A stretch of 45,261 nucleotides of DNA, taken from contig NW_021834898.1 of assembly GCF_006345805.1 (NCBI RefSeq), forward strand, positions 1 through 45,261, in the 5' to 3' direction. Origin of the DNA: Octopus sinensis. Taxonomy: Eukaryota. Within the stretch, counting starts at the first letter, position 1. The number at the start of each line of letters is the position of its first letter. Below the pieces are notes generated by a model. That model was not told the DNA's origin. It saw nothing but the letters and a program-made list of their open reading frames with translations, and searched no databases. Shown here in pieces: positions 38,674 through 45,261 of the stretch. The position numbers were made by a program, and so were the translations under genes.

Positions 38674-38710
<37 letters not shown>

Positions 38711-39303
38711 TATCACATATATTTAGCCACTTTAAAGTGATCATGGGCAATATTTTTGCTTCTTATACTGCTTCTTTCATGAACAGAGATTTTCTAACAT
38801 TTTAGTGTCCTAGTCACACAATCAATGACACTATTTTCTATATATTGCAATATATAGTAAATCCTGACATGCCTGGCCACGACTACCCACCTCTAAGGAG
38901 ATCAAATACAGATCGAAACCTGTGGGCTAGAGTCTTTAAGCTAGTGAAGCAGGTGTTATCTCCCGATTGCACTAAATATCGAGTGTGAGAAGCGAACTGA
39001 ATAAATCAACTGATGTGTTCCTGTGGTTAAATGGCAGTATAGTCGTATCGTAGACGACAGATAGATAGATAGATAAATAGAAAGAGAGAGAGAGAGAGAG
39101 AGAGAGATAATATAGATTAGATATATATTTACAAATATATATATATAAATACACAAATACAAGCAGATATATGTATATGAGATAGATGTATGCATGTATA
39201 AAATATTATTTAGTATCTCTAATGATTTTCTCTGCCTCCCAAACCGTTGGTTTTTTATACAATTCTACAATATAGAATTTCTTCAGTGCTAGTATATATA
39301 TAT

Positions 39304-39392
<89 letters not shown>

Positions 39393-39430
39393 TGCATGCA
39401 TGTATGTATGAAATACTTACATAACTATAA

Positions 39431-39477
<47 letters not shown>

Positions 39478-39493
39478 CATATATATGCATGTA

Positions 39494-40260
39494 CGAGGTC
39501 GTTTCGAAATTTCACGAACGAGTTCTATAGCACGCAAACGATTTTATGCGATGTGATAGCTAGCAGTGACCTTCATGAGGCAGCCTTCTGAGTGACATCG
39601 CTGTATATACTTCGCAAGATGTGGAATTTGCATTTCGGTGATAATGTCATCTGCGATTCTTGTCATGAAGAGGAAATTGGAAGAAATGAAGAAAGTGTAA
39701 TTTTACGTTAAAATTGGGAAGTCTGCTACAGAGAGATTGAGCATGCTTTGGAAAACTTATGGCGGCGAGACAGTGGGTCGTATGTAATGTTTCGACTGTA
39801 TGGGCGCACGAAAAAATCACAGCTTAATCAAGACCATGTTCATCATTTTTTCCGACATCCTCGGTATTGTGCATTGGGAGCTTTTTCGGAGAGGACGTTC
39901 GGCGAAAATGACCGGTTCTGTGATTCGCGATGTATTGAATTTTTCACGACAACAATGCACCTATCACCTCACTCGTAAGTTTCTTGCCAAAAGCAACATG
40001 CTATCGCTTCTGCACCTGCCCTATTCGCCAGATTTACCACCTGCTGACTTGCATGTGTTCCTCAAGATGAAAAATCAGCTCAGAGGTCGAGATCAAGAGC
40101 GAATTTAACACCTTCATCGAGTTCAAGAGGTCCTCGACTCGCCTATGGAAAACTACGTCCAGGTCGTAGATTCCAAAAGTGTCAGAAAAGCCGGGGCAGT
40201 TGTATTATTGCTCAGGTAACATGAGTTACTTTTATCAAACATAGCTCGGTCAGGAATTTT
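39494..40260 (+). mobile_element. Mariner transposon remnant (probably DD34D)
   Basis: TA|CGAGGTCG start, FHDN near 39944, HLPYSPDLPPADLHVFLKMK. Frameshifted, so the catalytic spacing cannot be counted. Confidence 0.75.
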
Positions 40261-40712
40261 ATATATACGACGGGTTTCCTTCAGTTACCGTGTACCCAAT
40301 TAACTAACATACACGGGTTTGTTCGGTTGGAGACCAGAGTACACGCAGAAGGACTAAATACACAAGCAAATTCTTATCACACAACCATGCCAACGCCTAA
40401 GCGTATGCACACACACTCTCACACACACACACAGACACACACTCACTCACACACAAACACACACACACTCACTCACACACACAATACACACACTCACGTT
40501 TGACGGAAATGGGAAATGGATTTTACGAGATTCGTTAATCATTACTGCCGTTTCAACCCGTCTGCAATCGGCCCCTCACGGATGAGATAATGGTCGATTG
40601 GCCGCGGTGCATCTTTCTTTGCAGATGTTTCTCATCAGTTGACATTTCAAAAAGTACTCTGCTCAATAAACTCGGTTTTACTTGGTTCGATTATAATGTA
40701 TTTCGTTAGTTA
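40212..40712 (+). repeat. Dispersed duplicated block, copy 2 (paralog at 11279-11730)
   Basis: Colinear with copy 1, roughly 80-85% identity by eye. Confidence 0.85.
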
Positions 40713-40716
40713 ATAC

Positions 40717-40773
<57 letters not shown>

Positions 40774-40775
40774 AT

Positions 40776-43700
40776 AAAGCAGGAGGAGGAGAACACCGGT
40801 GACGTTTAACATGTGAGAACGATAAAACAGGGCTCCGAAATCTATCCACAAACATCGAAAACAAAGACATCGTATGGAGCCAAAAATTAACTGACCAAGG
40901 ACTATATCCGAGTAAGTAATACTCATTGAAATTTATTACTATTTTCCAAACGAAATTACGTATTTTAACTCGATATCATCTCCACCTCTAACACAACACA
41001 TGTAAACATGCTCGATACATTACGATCGATCAACACCAGATCATCTCCGGCCCCAAACACCATGTACAAAAAAACTACAAATAAATTAAATAATACCGAT
41101 ATTATTCAACCCAAGAATAACAATCGGGAAGTACGTACTTTAAACTTACAACATAAAATGTACGAAAGACTACACGTGCAAAACAATGTGACGATAGAAA
41201 TGAACGGACCGGTACCCTACGGAAATGACGACCGTCAAAGTAATGGGCCGGACGTTGTTCCTTATGTCCCGCAAATAAAACCCAAAAGACATAAATGGAC
41301 ATTTGAGGAATACATTTCTATCCTACACGCTCCGTTTACAGCAGTGCTCTACCCAGAGAATGAAAACACAAACAACATACATATAAAATATGGAAGAAAA
41401 ATAACATAAATATAGACTTGGATACAGCAATGAACCCTAATAAACTAGCTAACGTACAAAGATATATTCTCAACGCAAAATATAATATCAGAAATAGAAA
41501 TAGAACATTTAAAAGAAAAAATACATCAGTAAAATGTAGATAGAAGCCACACAACAATGCCCAATAATATAAACACTGAAACAGTAAAACACGAAGACAA
41601 ACGTAACATTTCCAACAAAAACGATGTAAACAAAAAAACAACAAACCCAGACCGTAAGGATGCATAATAATACACGACAAACAGCAGCAAGCCAACACAA
41701 CAGACAAACATACGAACGTGAAAAAAAGCGACACAAATGTAAAACCTGGAAACAACGAAGGTGAGCCTAATGATTATGATAATATAAAAAGTAGAATAAT
41801 CAAAGAACTGAAAAACACAGATCTCAAGATGGACCACCGACCATACCTCCCAAAAATCAAAATAGACAAAACAACAACATCAATTATAAACAGCATAAAC
41901 CTAGCCATCACAGAACTAATAGCCACTGAAACAAGTAGCGATATCACTGAGCAAAATGACTTAGTATATGCAGCAGCCACTGCAGCCACAAAAGAAGCTA
42001 GATACTCCCTCAAACCCATCCAAACAGGAGTACCACCACCCAAACAAACCCTGTGGATAAATAACATCCAAAAGAAAATACAAAAAATGAGAAACGATCT
42101 GTCGATTCTTAATGAAATCAGCAAACAATCAACGCTACTGAGCAACAAAAAGAAAACAAAAATACTGAGCAAATACATCATAGAAAAGGATTTACCTGAG
42201 ATAAAAGAAAAACTAAAGCAAGATATCCTTGCCAAAGCACAAAGGATCCGCCGGTATGAGAAACGCCAACGTTTCTTTGAACAAAACATAGAGTTCAACT
42301 CCAACCCCAAAAAGTTCTACCAAGAGCTTGGCGAAATTAAAATAGACATCACTGCAGCACCAACGGCAGAAGAAGTGGAAGAATTCTGGAAAGGAATATG
42401 GTCGGCGAATGAACAACCAAACAAAAGGTGTATTAAAACAACAAACATAGCATCTGAGCAACTTTGGACCCCATAACAACTGAAGAGGTCACCCAGGCAC
42501 TGCAAAGACTAAGCAACTGGAAGGCACCTGGGCATGACAAGATCCCCAACTTCTGGTTGAAATATCTACCAGGTATACGAAAAACGCTGGCTGAAAGCTT
42601 TAACAACATACTGGCAGAACCAGAGACAATGCCTGAATGGCTCACGAAGGGGAAAACCATCTTAATTCCCAAATCCAATGAGACAGCAAAACCAGAAACT
42701 GCAGACCTATAACCTGTCTCCCTACAATTTACAAAGCATTTACTGCAATAATATCACAAAGATTAAACAAGCACCTGGACAAAAACCACCAGTTCCAGAA
42801 GAGCAGAAAGGATGCCGCAAAGGCTCATATGGCTGTAAAGATCAACTAATGATCAATAAAGACATAACTGAAGACAGCCACAGAAAGAAGAAAGGCCTCA
42901 GTATGGCATGGATCGACTACAGAAAGGCGTTTGATAGCATCCCCCACACATGGATCCTCGAAACACTAGCCATTAACAAAGTAGCACCAACAATTATAAA
43001 ATCCATAGAACACTCTATGAATAAATGGCAAACAGTGCTACAGCTCCAAACAAAAGAGGGACTCATGAAAACCAAAGCCATCCCCATTAGGATAGGAATA
43101 TTCCAGGGAAACACGCTCTCCCCACTCCTTTTCTGCTTAGCACTGTCACCTCTATCTGATATGCTAAAAAGAACTGGATGCAGATATAAATGTTACAGCA
43201 AAACGATCAGCCACCTTTTATATATGGATGAGCTAAAACTATACGCTGCAAATGACAAACAGCTGGAAACACTATTAAAGACAGTTCATGGATTTACCAA
43301 AGAAATAGATCTGAAATTTGAATTAGAAAAATGCACCAAAGTAACCCTGATAAGAGGAAAACTAGTTAAGAGTAGCAACATCACACTAGATAAAACCAAT
43401 GAAATGAAAGAATTAGACCAAAGCCAAACTTACAAATACTTAGGAATCCATGAACTAGATAAGACACAACACACACAAATGAAAGAGAAAATAAAAAAAG
43501 AATATATAGACGAGTTAGATCAATACTAAAAACAGAGCTCAATGCTAAAAACAAGATAATAGGCATTAACACTTTAGCCGTTCCAGTTGTAAGTTACAGC
43601 TACAGCATCCTTAACTGGTCACTAAATGAACTGACCAAAATAGATAGGAAAACAAGAAAAATAATGACAGGATCTAGGATGCATCACCCAAAGTCTGACA

Positions 43701-44825
43701 TAGAAAGACTATATATGCAACGTATAAAAGGTGGTAGAGGCCTTATACAACTGGAAAACTACTATAAAATAACCACGATAGGACTTCAAAAATATCTACT
43801 TCAGAAGGAAGGAAAACTGATACAAATAGCGGCAAAACACGAGCAAAACCAAAAAACAGTTCTCAGTATCTAAGGAAGCTGACAAATACAAACAAGAAAT
43901 CATACCACCTAATAAATATGAAGAAGAAGAAGAAGAAGAAGAAGAAGAAGAAGAGAAGAAGAAGAAGAAGAAGAAGAAGAAGAAGAAGAGAGAAGAAGAA
44001 GAGAAACAATAAAAGCTATAAAACAAATGAAATCCAAAATAAAAATAGAACAGCAACGAACCATGATAAAACGATGGCAAGAAAAGCCCCTTCATGGTAA
44101 ATACTGCACTAAACTAAACGCAAAAGAAATAGACAAAGAAAAATCCCAGCAATGGTTGAGAAATATTACAAGTAACTGCAGAATATGTGGAGATGGACAA
44201 GAAACAATAAATCATATTATCTCTGGCTGTCCAGTTCTGGCTAAGAAAGAATATATTCACAGACACGACAGTGTTGGGACCTACATACACTGGAAGCTAT
44301 GCCAACATTATGGAATAACAACAGAAAAAATGGCATAAGCACACACCATAAAAGGGCACAGAAAACGAGAAAGCAACCATAATCTGGAATATGCCGATAA
44401 ACACAGATGGAGAAATTAAGGCCAACAGACCAGATATAGTTGTCAGAGATCATGAGGGAAAAATGCTTTCTAATTGACGTATCAATACCAGCAGATGACA
44501 ACGTGTCTCTAAAAGAAATGGAGAAACTTCCAAAATAGAAATAGAGGTAACCAGGATGTGGAATCTAAAAACAGAAACAATTCCTATCATAGTAGGTGCA
44601 TTAGGCATGATAAAAAATATTCAGACAAATACATAACAAAAACACCAGGACTTACAAACACATATAACATACAGAAAATTGCACTACTAGGCACTGCACA
44701 CATCCTACGCAGAACACTTTCCATACAATAACCATCAGAGCATCACAACAAATCACAGCACATACCCAAGGCACACAAAGCTGCGCTCGGTAGGGATGTG
44801 AAAGCACGATATAAAAATAAAACTA

Positions 44826-44828
<3 letters not shown>
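40776..44828 (+). mobile_element. R4/Dong-clade non-LTR retrotransposon (RT + restriction-like endonuclease), near full length
   Basis: RHKWTFEEY, NWKAPGHDKIPNFWLK, QKGCRKGSYGCKDQL, AWIDYRKAFDSIPH, GIFQGNTLSPLLF, LYMDE (43218-43232), CRICG..ETINHIISGC, RHD, NRPDIVVRD (~44424-44450). (TAA)n tracts on both flanks. Confidence 0.88.
41008..44731 (+). pseudogene. R4/Dong single-ORF polyprotein pseudogene
   Basis: Fragments 41008..41409, 41718..42476, 42464..42712, 42678..43529 and 44027..44338 join across frameshifts. Confidence 0.85.
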
Positions 44829-44884
<56 letters not shown>

Positions 44885-44990
44885 TAATAATAATAAAAAT
44901 AATAATAATATGAAGAAGAAGACGAAGGAAAACAACAACAACAACAACAACAATAACAACGAAGAAGTCGGTGATAAAGAAAAAGTAATA
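44829..44990. repeat. (TAA)n then (GAA)/(CAA)n microsatellite
   Basis: Direct reading. Confidence 0.95.
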
Positions 44991-45261
44991 TGAGTAGCAA
45001 AAAAACAGACAAGATGGACAAGCAAAACAATAACAAGAAAATTTGGGAATGAGGATAGAAATGATAATAAAAATATATCAACATAAGTAAAATTATCAGA
45101 CATACACACAGACACAAACGTACGAGGGACACACCAAACGTTGTTTTATGTTGTGGACGACTAGCTACATTAACATCCTTCCTAAAGAAATTGAAACGGA
45201 ATATGCAGCCATCACACTGCACAGTTTGGCCAAATTGCCCCAGCTGTAGCTCGCTGTACAA

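Larger units (their letters stand above)
37046..38678. repeat. Array of ~472-bp units (two full, one partial, one inverted partial) flanked by (TA)n
   Basis: AGTCAATTTAGGG starts at 37046, 37516 and 37989. The inverted copy spans 38294-38678. Confidence 0.95.

Noticed and set aside
40776-41000. HDV-like ribozyme in the Dong 5' UTR (GGCTCC/GGAGCC stem)
   Set aside because: Only one stem was found; the nested pseudoknot could not be assembled by eye.

Overview
AT-rich, repeat-saturated eukaryotic DNA with no convincing host protein-coding gene. The SINE-like and microsatellite content resembles octopus or other cephalopod genomes; this is inference from pattern recognition, not a search. Left to right: 3' remnant of a DD37D (maT) transposon, a decayed Penelope-like element (RT + GIY-YIG), a MITE, Tx1/L1-clade fragments, a further Penelope fragment, an ORF1-only LINE-like unit, a long Tx1/L1 ORF2 lacking its YADD core, a third Penelope fragment, a 740-bp tandem duplication carrying a minimal hammerhead-like motif, a compound foldback element, a 1.6-kb tandem duplication, two Helitron remnants (helicase only, and a full Rep-Hel pseudogene with a probable intron), a ~472-bp tandem-plus-inverted array carrying hammerhead ribozyme folds, a mariner remnant, and a near-full-length R4/Dong retrotransposon inserted in (TAA)n. 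The most interesting signal is the retrozyme-like hammerhead array at 37046-38678. Most ORFs in the supplied track are microsatellite or antisense artefacts. Coordinates of decayed elements are approximate.
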